The notes below the pieces were generated by a model, which worked only from the letters and a program-made list of their open reading frames with translations, did not search any database and had not been told where the DNA came from. A DNA stretch of 64,000 bases from Eledone cirrhosa (lineage: Eukaryota): contig OZ024741.1 in the NCBI GenBank assembly GCA_964016885.1, forward strand, positions 382,974,001 to 383,038,000, in the 5' to 3' direction. Shown here in pieces: positions 1 to 9,891 of the stretch; the stretch's first letter is position 1, and every line of letters begins with the position of its first letter. The position numbers were made by a program, and so were the translations under genes.

Positions 1-902
1 AGCAGGTTGCATCTGGCCTCCACAACTAGTCCCTGCTCCTTGTCTCTGGTCTCGGGATACGTATCCTTTGTGCTTCAATGCCACGTTTCTTTGGACGGTT
101 TCTTTGCCAGTCTTTGCAAAGTTGGATGCACACTATATATTTTTCGAACAGGCCTCTCTTCCAAAGGCCTGAACGTGTCCCTTGTACTCCTATGTGAAGT
201 ACGGTGTGGTATTACTGATTTTCTTGTGTTTAGCAATAGTGCTGTGTTTTGGTAGCCTCATTCGCACCAGTTACCAAATTCGGACTTTTCTCAAACCACG
301 AATTCTAGGCATCTCTAGAGGCGACCTTTAGTCCCTTCGTCGCAGATACATCACTGGTTATGAGAGTTTCTTTGGGAGCCAACTGTGTCACCCATTGCTC
401 TAATTACCTTCGTAGTTTGCGGCTGTTGGTCCGGTGTTGCTTATTCATCTGTCATAAGTCCGCTTGTATCACAAATAAAAAATATATCTAGTGGCCGTGT
501 CACTATCCTCCACCTGCAGCACGTTTTCAACTAGAACAGCTCTGCCGAGAACAGTATATTACTGACTGGTAAAGTTCAAATGAATACAAAGCGTGTCTCT
601 GCAAATACTATTTAGTTCGGAATTAATTGGCAACAGTTACTCCCGTTCTATAAACAAATGAAGCGAATGTTTAGCTTTGAAAATTTGCTCAAATCATCAT
701 CCTTATAAAGATTTCTACTGACACATTTTTCATGTAAACTCTGACACTATTCTTTTAATACCCACTTTTTTATTTACTGCCGAAGCCTATAATATATCGC
801 TTACTGTATCAATAAAAACGGACATTCCTTTAATTCTTTTACCAGGACAAAAGACACAACAATATAATGTCAACATTCTTCCAATTAACCAGTTATACCT
901 GC

Positions 903-1192
<290 letters not shown>

Positions 1193-1223
1193 GTAATAAA
1201 TGTAATCTGAGATTTTCGAGTAT

Positions 1224-1397
1224 TAATAATTGTTTCTACTTTAGGCACAAGGCCAGCAATTACCCAGTGCATTACTGGTACTTTATTTTATCGACCCCGT
1301 AAGGATGAAAGGCAAAGTCAACCTCGGCGGAATTTGAACTCAGATCGTAAAGGGACGTAACTATGCTGGAACGCATGGCGTCCGACCCTCTACCGAT
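1224..1397 (-). mobile_element. tRNA-derived SINE, copy 1
   Basis: Highly similar to 4735-4910. Minus strand has a B-box-like GAGTTCAAATTC and a central CCTTTCATCCTTACGGGGTCGATAAAATAAAGTACCAG domain that resembles conserved metazoan SINE cores (from recall). Confidence 0.8.
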
Positions 1398-1480
1398 TCG
1401 AATGCAATTATGCAAACAAGACTCAATTTTATAGCCATGTCAGTAGAATGAACAGTTCATTCTTACTCTTATGTTGGCAT

Positions 1481-1546
1481 GCGAACAGAACTGCAGACAC
1501 TAATGTTTCTGAGTATCACCCTTCATCAGTACAGCTCACTGTTCAC
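1481..1546 (-). ncRNA. Type I hammerhead ribozyme (solo)
   Basis: Minus strand: stem I GAGCUGUA/UGCAGUUC extended by GUGAACA/UGUUCGC; core CUGAUGA (1529-1523); stem II GGGU-gau-ACUC; GAAA (1509-1506); self-complementary stem III ACAUUAGUGU; GUC cleavage triplet, cut predicted between 1496 and 1495. Confidence 0.88.
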
Positions 1547-1595
1547 CTGGCAAACTGTCAGAAGTAGTGAAAATATATGCTATTTTCAAATATAG

Positions 1596-1662
1596 ACAGT
1601 GACTGATCGGCTTGATTTGCATATTAGCAGACTGCTGATATGCAAATCTGGCTGATCAGTCA

Positions 1663-1666
<4 letters not shown>
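1596..1666. repeat. Inverted repeat, 35-bp arms, 1-nt spacer
   Basis: acagtgactgatcggcttgatttgcatattagcag-a-ctgctgatatgcaaatctggctgatcagtcactgt, 4 mismatches between arms. Confidence 0.95.

Positions 1667-1702
<36 letters not shown>
1666..1702. repeat. (TA)n microsatellite
   Basis: Pure TA run. Confidence 0.95.
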
Positions 1703-1706
<4 letters not shown>

Positions 1707-3190
1707 GTGGGGGTGTATGTTCAAATATAAACACATATGCATTGTTAGAAAACGTAACTAAAGAAAGAATAAAATAAACAAAGAAACAAGCAAAGGAAGA
1801 AGGAATGAAAGAGCCTATATGAAGTGTATGCGCAGTCAGATATATCTGTTATGGGCGTATGGTCTTGAAGCCATTTCAAGTGAGAATTCAATAGACAGGT
1901 TTCAGAATGTCTCTTTTATGGTGAGATACATGACTGGCATTATGTTAGAGCTTAGTCGATAAAGACAATAACGGTTAATAAAGAACATTACTACTATACA
2001 ATTTACTGGCTCAATACTGCAGATAATTAGCAGAAGATCATGATTTCACCAGATCCCTTTAGTTAATATTCTGATTCTATAAATCAAATATATTGTCGTG
2101 TTTTGTTTTGTTGGTGCTGTGGCTGTTTTGTTGTGGTTCTTTAACTTCATGTACGTTGAGTTTCAGTGGGAATCATGAATATAATCGTTCCATACGTGAA
2201 CCATCTTGTAAGTTCTCCTATATAAAATGTCTTGGATTACATTTAATCAAATAAAACTTTCAGGCTTAGATGGAGTGTAATATTTCATAGTTTTGGCTAA
2301 TATATCTAGGACACTAAGAAGATCTCTACAGAAATATGGATATTTTTTTTATTTGATTATATGTTCTGGCGTGTTTTGTTGTTGTTGTATTGTTTTCTTT
2401 TGCTTTTTGCTAAGAGTGACGTACATGTAAATGCTATCAATGTAGAATGTTCATCGTATTACGAGTTGTTACTGACTTTCAAATAATTATATATTTATGT
2501 GAAGTAGTATATTGTAATTTTAATGCCTTTCCCGCACTCAATAGATATCTAGTTGTATGAACATGCTGAAAGAGAATATAAACTGTTTGACAATCACAAC
2601 TCACCAGTGAAAAAAGCAAATGTTTAAGAAAATATTAAAGAAAATATGAGAAATGAGAAATGTTGTTACTTCTGCTTCCATTTGAAGAACTATGGTTCTT
2701 CATTGTCTCTGTTTTCTCTTTGCTTGAATAACATTTGGTAAAGCTTGGCTAGTGGTGTGATTCCTTTATTGTAAACAGGCTGAAGACATTTTTATGTAAA
2801 TTTCCTCTCCGTTTTTACATCAGCTCTGGATACTTCATTTAACAGAATATCAGAAAGAAATTTACTTTGCCAACTAGCGCAGAATTTCTTAATGCATTGT
2901 GTTGAAACGAAAGGTTCTTTTATACTTCCTTTTCCTCCATCAGTCAATGCATGAAAATGCTTGAAGGATTTCTGTCCCAAAATGTAATCGATTAGGATAT
3001 GCTACATGTAATATAGGATTTGGTGAAAAACTATCGGTTGAAATGTTTGCGCCAAAAGTTGGGTACAGTGTTTACATAAGAATAATACGACGATGCCTTT
3101 TATTAATCTTTTCACACATTATATCTACTACTCAATATCCGATCATTTTTTAACATATATCATATACGTTTATATAACGTATATATGTAG

Positions 3191-3210
3191 GTGTGTGTGT
3201 GTGTGTGTAA

Positions 3211-3279
<69 letters not shown>
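3191..3279. repeat. (GT)n + (TA)n microsatellite
   Basis: Seen directly. Confidence 0.95.
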
Positions 3280-3280
<1 letters not shown>

Positions 3281-3423
3281 TTCAAGGAAACAAAAAACAG
3301 AGGTTCAAAATGTCTTATTAGTTACACGCTTCTATGTCGGTGGGTAGCTGTAATCAGCTGATTACTATGTTCATAGCAAAACATCGGATTAAAATATAAC
3401 CACATATTGAGCGGAAGAACGGG

Positions 3424-3454
3424 GAGAGAGAGAGAGGGGGGGAGAGAGAGAGAG

Positions 3455-3511
<57 letters not shown>

Positions 3512-3526
3512 AGTGAGTGAGAGAGA
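3424..3526. repeat. (GA)n microsatellite
   Basis: Seen directly, with G-run interruptions. Confidence 0.95.
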
Positions 3527-3653
3527 GGGTGTGTGGATGAAAGAGGTTCTAACGCATGAGTTAAGAAATGAGAGGGGTATATCTTCGGTGTTTCGTTCTC
3601 GTCTCCAAGTGACCATCTGCACACATTGCACGACTAATATGTCTCGCATTTAA

Positions 3654-3744
3654 TTATATGCGTAATTTCATATGTTTTTCCTAGTTTTTCATATATGTTT
3701 ATATGCGTAATTTCATATGTTTTTCCTAGTTTTTCATATATGTT
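3654..3744. repeat. 45-bp tandem duplication (2 copies)
   Basis: atatgcgtaatttcatatgtttttcctagtttttcatatatgtt at 3656 and 3701. Confidence 0.93.
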
Positions 3745-4734
3745 CTGTTTTGGTTTTGTTTTATACATTACTCCAAGACATTGTTTAACTATCATTTTAA
3801 ACACTGCGACTGAAAATAGAACAGCTGCACTGTTGGTCGTGGTCAAAATTGTTTAAATTCTTCCCGACAGACTATGACCACGTAGTTCTCGTGTCTGTTA
3901 ATAAATTGTATAATGTTATATTATATTATGTTATAACTGTTTATACCTACTTTTCAAGTAATTGAAATCGTTGTTTTTTCTGGTATCACATTTATCATAA
4001 TGAGCTAGACGCCCCCATAATTGTTACCTTATTCTCGCATGGTTTGCTTCCATTTAATTTCAACTCATCCACCTTCATCGTATGTGCACTATCTGGATAA
4101 ACAGTCTAGCTCAGTTCATATATTCGGAAATGTAGATGCCATCAACCGCAGAATATCGGTATGTATAGAAGGATGCAAGTCAGCAGCTGCTTTTATGTCA
4201 ACATTTTTGTTCAACATGAATCGCCTTTGATAGATGTATTATCTGCCATTGATAGAGGCAGCTACGCGTAGGACTGAACTCTTCTCTGTATAAATTCTTA
4301 AGTAAATCGGTTATCCTCTATCACAAGATTGGTCCAGAAAGAGAATGTCTCTAAACCTTGCATTTATAAATCATTGACATAATACCCTTAAACCACCAAT
4401 GGAATCATCTCCGGATTTCTAGTATGGATTAGCATTTGTCTGATAGGCTATCATATTTCTGTTTTATTTGAGGTAAGCTTAGGTATTTCAAATTGGTCGT
4501 ATCCTAATTTTTTAGTTACTCCTCTCTCTGATAGAATTTTTAGTTTGTAAGTGATATCATAAACTGAATTGTTATATATCACAAATGTTAAATATAAGAT
4601 CAACAAAATTTACCCGCAATAAGAAAACTGGAGTTTTTTTTCATTATCCTATGAAATCTAATACTCGCGCTCCACCTAGATCTTCGAGATAACATTGTTT
4701 ATATTAATTTTGTTTAATTTTATTTTACTAATAC

Positions 4735-4917
4735 TAATAATTGTTTCTACTTTAGGCACAAGGCCAGCAATTACCCAGTGCATTACTGGTACTTTATTTT
4801 ATCGACCTCGTGAGGATGAAAGACAAAGTTAACCTCGGCGGGATTTGAACTCAGAATGGCAAGGGGCGTAACTCTATGCGTCAAAGCATGGCGTCCGACC
4901 CTCTACCGATACTGCCC
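4735..4917 (-). mobile_element. tRNA-derived SINE, copy 2
   Basis: Highly similar to 1224-1397; minus strand begins GGGCAGTATCGGTAGAG (A-box-like) and contains GAGTTCAAATCC (B-box-like). Confidence 0.82.
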
Positions 4918-6144
4918 TTAATAATAATCTTGTAATAGTTCTCCTGATATTCTCATTATGTGAACAATGTTATCAACTGTGTATGAAAGGGAAAATATGT
5001 AGCTTCATTTTATTTAAAATTGTATAGCATTTATAACATATAATAGTAGTAAATTTGTCTGAAGCGTATCCTCTATGTCTTTAGTTAATCATTCTATTAG
5101 AGATAGATTATTTTAAATATTCCAATGTAATTAAGAAAATAACATAGATCGTGTGAACTCGCAAATACTTAAGTCTATGAGTAACATATTTTTTATGTTG
5201 TACCAGTTCGGTTATTCTTTACAAATACGCTATTCGCTATGACGCAAATATGACGCAAATATTACATTATTTGGAATAGTTCAATCTTGTAAAAAGTTAT
5301 AACTTGCATTAAATGTTTTTTCTACGGTAGCGAGACATCGGCACTAAAACACAGTAGCAACAGAGATTAAACTTGGGCATCACACTTTAACAATTTGAAC
5401 TTGGCTTTTATTATCAAAAAGAATGTATAAAAAGATGTTAGTAAAAGGTTACAAGTGTTCTTAGCTAACATAATTTTACCCTGGGAACTTAATTTTGATC
5501 GGAAAAATTTGGAAAAGAGAAGATATACAACTGAGCATTTTTTTTAATCAGACGAATAATTTGCATGAAACTAGAAATGGCTATCAACGGTCAGAGTGAC
5601 AAGCAGAGAGAGAGAGAGACACCACTGAATATTTGATTTCACTATATAACGGATTACTATGGTTCAACAATAGTTAATATATCTATATATATACTTTTAT
5701 TGATACTTTTCATATCTACCAGCCAATCATATAGTTACAGTCGCTTTTGACGTCTCCTTATCTATCAGCCGTTTGAGATATGGATGATTTATAAGTTTCA
5801 CAGTACTAAACAAATGATAATTGTCATAAACGATTCTTCTGATAAAATAGTAAAGCATGCAGAATGGTTCACTGCAATATTTGCTTAAAATAACAGCAGT
5901 TTAATGAATGGATATTGCGTATTAATGCCCACATGAGATCATGTAGAAACATTCAAATGATGGTTTGGTGCTTATTTGGATGCGTTTAAGTAAAAGCAGC
6001 ATAATGTATTAAAGGGATGAAACGGCTTCATATATGAATACTAACAACACAGGATGTTACATTACATATCTCTTTGAATAAAGGTTGTCAGCATTTTACA
6101 TATCAAATATTTACTACATAACTGTGATATTCATTATGTATATA

Positions 6145-6213
6145 ATACATACACAGATACATACAGGCAAACATACATACATACATGCAAACATACATAC
6201 ACGCATACATACA
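6145..6213. repeat. Degenerate (ACAT)n microsatellite
   Basis: acatacatac runs with substitutions. Confidence 0.8.
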
Positions 6214-6576
6214 TATTTAACTTGTGGTATCAACAACTGACACATATTTTGTGCTTAAACGAGTAAATGTCTTATAGTACAACAGTGGTTGAGGCGGATC
6301 ACGAACACGGCGAGATGTTGTATTTGGTGTATTTGAATTCCATATTTCTTGTTTGTTTAATTCTCATAATCAAGTAAAAGTATCGATGTTACCGACTTTC
6401 CTTCTTAAATAGGCTGTTCGTATCCCTATTATCGTTGTTGTCATATAGCATTAATAAGTACGCTTTCTATGTGACCACGACTTGACCTTTACGATTAGAA
6501 TTCATGTCATTTCTCCTTCCGTATTGTTCGTATATATTAAGGTCTCTCATGATAATTGTTGATCCAATCAACAACT

Positions 6577-6601
6577 TAGTAGAAGTAGTAGCAGTAGCAT
6601 C

Positions 6602-6658
<57 letters not shown>

Positions 6659-6679
6659 TGCTGTTGTTGTTGTATTAGT

Positions 6680-6717
<38 letters not shown>

Positions 6718-6728
6718 TAGTAGTAGTA
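6577..6728. repeat. (GTA)n/(GCA)n/(GTT)n trinucleotide microsatellite
   Basis: Seen directly; source of the poly-V and poly-L ORFs. Confidence 0.96.
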
Positions 6729-7599
6729 TGTTTATTTCAACTTGATAGACACTGTAGTTCACTTTTTCTGTCAAAAAAATGCCGAAGAAAAATTTATGAC
6801 TTGTGAATACCCATAATGAGCCAATCAACAAAGTGATATAAGCTTTCATAAAATTGCTTTTACTTCTGAGTATACATTTTTTTAAAGCCTGGGCTACATT
6901 ATTTTTGTTTGTTTTGTTTTCTTTAGTTTTTTTTTTTTTTTTTTTTTTTTTTTTGTTTACCAGCCATCATATTTTTTTTCTTTAAATTTTATTTCTTTCG
7001 ACTGGCAATAAATTCGCTTCCGTTTTATACCAGGTGATGTAATCATTTGGAATACTGCAATATATTACTTATCTTTTTATAATACCGGGGGCATGCATAG
7101 AATGATTGCTGAGATTTGAGGACAGATCATACTGAAAGAGACGTATTCATATTTAGCTGATGTGTTAGTTATTGAGTTGCAATGTTGATTGATGTATTTG
7201 ACGTATACATTGATGTAAGAAAAACCAGCATCAACAATGAATTGAGACAGACCAGCAAGAAGAACAAACTGCTAATTTAGGTATATTGTATTTGTGCCAT
7301 AGCCTGCGACGTAATCTTGTATCAGAATATATCACCACAGGAATACGTAAAATGTATGATATAAAAAAAAGTAGTGTCAACACATATTGTTCGCATTTTA
7401 TTATGTGTTTGGAAATGATGAGTGAATGTGTATATGGCGGAGAATATGGTCGCTTTTGTCGAAGAAGTGTAAAAGATAGAGAATGCGCAGATGTTGGATA
7501 AGATATTGGCATGGGGATCATCATGTTATGACTTAGCTATGGGTGCATCGAGCTACCACATTATCTGCGACAGCCGAATTCTCCTGTTAAATGTCTAAC

Positions 7600-9155
7600 A
7601 TGAAACAAAGTAAACGCCAATGAAGCAAAGAGAGGAAAGTTTAAATCAGAGTTGATTTTGAGTTAAATACCCGTATGTTTCATCGATGCAATTACCAATG
7701 TTCATGTTGTAGGTAATTTGGTCTGCATTACATACCTTACTTCCAGTCCAGGTTGTCAAGAAAACAAACAAATGAAGCAGGAAGTGATAGTGAAAGAAAG
7801 GACTTAGCGCTGCAACTGTATGGGTTAAAATCTACATGTCGGGCAACACTGCGGTCGATTCGACGAAATCCATGAGGGTTATAGTTTTTTACTAGAAAAG
7901 AGGAAGGTTTCAAGCGGCTGGAATTCTGTGGTGCCATTGATCTATCTATCTGTGACACAAACTTAAATAAACAACAGACAATCACTTGATCACCTGTATA
8001 CAGATGTGAGGCATGCCAAGCAGATATATTTTATTCTTCCCTGAAAACAGGACAGAGTGAGGGTTGTAAATACGAAGTCCCTCCCTGATGACGAATGCAC
8101 CACTCAACATAAGTAGGCGACCTGATAGATAGAGCTAGACGAATCGACGCCAGAGGCCAATCTGTAGGAGAATGTGGAAAGGGAAGGAGCACAGAGCTAG
8201 TAACAAATTTAGAGGTATACTTGTTGATGCTTTCGACAGTAAGAAAGAGGAAATAAGGACGTTCAATGTAGGGAAGCACTGGGAATTCCTGGATGATAGC
8301 CTACTGAAGGTGACAAATGAAATCTCTGGTCGGATCAGGTCTCTAGGGAGAAGGAGAGTGACTTGATGGTGGAATAGTAGTGTGGACAGGAAAACTAAGG
8401 CCAAAAGACAGGCATGGAATGGTTGGTGGGATGAGGGATTGGAGAACACTACCATGAGGCGAGAAGAGAAGCTAGGCGACAAGAGTACTTTGCAAGAAAG
8501 GAAGCACAAAATAAACAAATTAAGCTTGTTCTAAAATGGAGGAGCAAAGGGATGAAGTGTTCAGGATTGTGAGGCAATGTGTGATGTTATTGGGGAGAAG
8601 TGTGCCCGTGATGATAACGGTGTACTCGCCATCGCTGATGCTGAATAGAAGGGAGCATGGAAGTATCAATATGAAAGACTACTAAATGTGGAGAATGAAT
8701 GGGATGAAGATAGTTTGCCCCAATTGGACCCAACAGAGGGACCGGTTATGCAACTTAGCAGTAGTATAGTAAGTAAAGCAATCGTGGATATAGAGACAGG
8801 CAATGCATCTGGACTTTCTGGGTTAGGTCCTGATATGCCGAATGAATCTGGCATGGTGGGGCACGCCATGACTAACATTGTGGTAAAGCGAGTAATAAAA
8901 AATGGTGTCAAACCCAAATGATTCACGAAGCGGCGTTATTGACAATTGCTACAAGGGCAAAGGAGACGCTCTAGACAGAGAAATATATAATGGCATTAAG
9001 TTGCTTGACCAGGTGAATAAGAACACAGAAAGATTTATCGCACAGGACCCAGTTAACCTAGCTGAAATGGTGTTTGAATTTGTGTCAGAAAGAATGTACC
9101 ATGGATGCTCTCATCCTTGTGACACAACCAGTAGTGTAGAGAGTAGGCGTTAAAC

Positions 9156-9194
<39 letters not shown>
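7600..9194 (+). mobile_element. Decayed RTE-clade LINE fragment (endonuclease-RT linker and start of RT) with (GAT)n tail
   Basis: ORF 8902-9153 GVIDNCYKGKGDALDREIYNGIKLLDQVNKNTERFIAQ matches the RTE RT start motif (..YKGKGD....NYRGIKLL....K..ER); upstream WWNSSVD, AKRQAW and ENEWD linker motifs; many stops and frameshifts; left boundary approximate. Confidence 0.8.
9156..9194 (+). repeat. (GAT)n microsatellite, probable LINE 3' tail
   Basis: ggcgttaaac followed by ~13 GAT units. Confidence 0.93.
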
Positions 9195-9239
9195 ATTCAT
9201 ATATATATATATATTTTTATTTTTTTATTTTATAGAAGG

Positions 9240-9290
9240 AGCTTCTACAGGACTAGTACTGTTTCATTCAGATGAAATCTTCAGGAAGCT
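9240..9290 (-). ncRNA. Type I hammerhead ribozyme (solo, Penelope pLTR-like)
   Basis: Minus strand: AGCUUC-CUGAAGA-uUUCaucuGAAu-GAAA-CAG-uacuaguc-CUG-UA^GAAGCU; perfect 6-bp stem I, 4-bp stem III, GUA triplet, cut predicted between 9246 and 9245. Confidence 0.85.
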
Positions 9291-9508
9291 GGGTGACATA
9301 TTAAGTTCTGTTATTTATACATTTAGGTAGTGGCAAGGGAGGGTGGTGGATGGGGGGGTATTTAGATACACGGGACCACTACATGGCACAGGCCGTTTTT
9401 TCTATGGGGAGTGGTCAATTAGCCAGAGTGCTTTTTTGAAATAAATAAATATGTAAATAAATAAATAAATGAATATATAAATAGATAAATGAATAAATAA
9501 ATAAAATA

Positions 9509-9656
9509 AATAAAGAAATAAATAAAAAATAAATAAATAAAGACCCCAAGAATAGTAATTCAACAGATATATAGTAGGGAAATTTTCCTACTATATATCT
9601 GTTGAATTACTATTCTTGGGGTCTTTATTTATTTATTTTTTATTTATTTCTTTATT
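9509..9656. repeat. 148-bp near-perfect palindrome
   Basis: 74-bp arms centred on 9582/9583, single mismatch (G9579/T9586). Confidence 0.97.
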
Positions 9657-9747
9657 ACGTGCCGTACTAAGAGTGAGAAATGAAATTTCGTTTCATTCTA
9701 TTCCATTTATCGTTTTCGGTGCGCCTGGCCGACTCAACTCACTCCAT

Positions 9748-9755
9748 ATGCAAAT
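9748..9755 (+). promoter_or_regulatory. Octamer motif ATGCAAAT (first copy; present in most units)
   Basis: Exact consensus match ~80 nt upstream of each hammerhead core; also present in the solo element at 1615-1622 (minus) and 1640-1647 (plus). Confidence 0.45.
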
Positions 9756-9784
9756 TGGGCTGCCCAGCCGTTAATTTTCATAAG

Positions 9785-9800
9785 GGAAGTATATACTTTC
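9785..9800. promoter_or_regulatory. TATA-like palindrome GAAAGTATATACTTTC (first copy, GGAAG variant)
   Basis: 16-bp palindrome with a TATATA centre between octamer and hammerhead in each unit. Confidence 0.35.
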
Positions 9801-9804
9801 GGAC

Positions 9805-9891
9805 GTTCAACCATCTGGCAGAAAGGTATACGGTGCTGACGATAGCTAATAAGCTTGAAACTAGTACATCGTTCCTGTGTCAGTGTTGAAT
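9805..9891 (+). ncRNA. Minimal type I hammerhead ribozyme, first array copy, with extended stem I
   Basis: Stem I ACGGUG(9830-9835)/CAUCGU(9867-9872); core CUGACGA (9836-9842); stem II AGCU-aaua-AGCU on a U.U base; GAAA (9857-9860); palindromic stem III ACUAGU; GUA cut after 9866; stem I extends by AGG/CCU, CUGGCA/UGUCAG and GUUCAAC/GUUGAAY. Confidence 0.92.

Larger units (their letters stand above)
1440..1666 (-). mobile_element. Hammerhead-bearing Penelope-like / retrozyme-like element fragment related to the array unit
   Basis: Octamer, hairpins, TATA-like palindrome, hammerhead and TAAGAGT..AATGAA..TTCATTCTA motif occur in the same order as in the array unit; 5' side is an inverted duplication abutting (TA)n. 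Confidence 0.6.
9215..9656 (-). mobile_element. Putative truncated Penelope-like element end (pLTR with hammerhead and inverted 5' junction)
   Basis: Minus-strand TATAAATA (9319-9312), then hammerhead, then A-rich end running into (AT)n; long palindrome at the 5' side; no RT/GIY-YIG ORF seen. Confidence 0.5.

Noticed and set aside
1-540. Higher-GC segment that might be a decayed retroelement fragment; ORF 7-255
   Set aside because: No recognisable protein motif, LTR or primer-binding site by eye; needs a Dfam or tBLASTx search
2665-3000. Coding-looking minus-strand stretch (ORF 2792-2980), possible exon or pseudogene
   Set aside because: In-frame stops on extension, no recognisable domain and no convincing splice pair
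4060-4460. Possible pogo/Tigger transposase relic on the minus strand (SLSGPIL near 4326-4346)
   Set aside because: One short motif amid many stops and no terminal inverted repeats found; too weak without a profile search
8086-8100. CTGATGA heptamer inside the LINE remnant
   Set aside because: Not followed by stem II-GAAA-stem III-NUH; chance match to the hammerhead core
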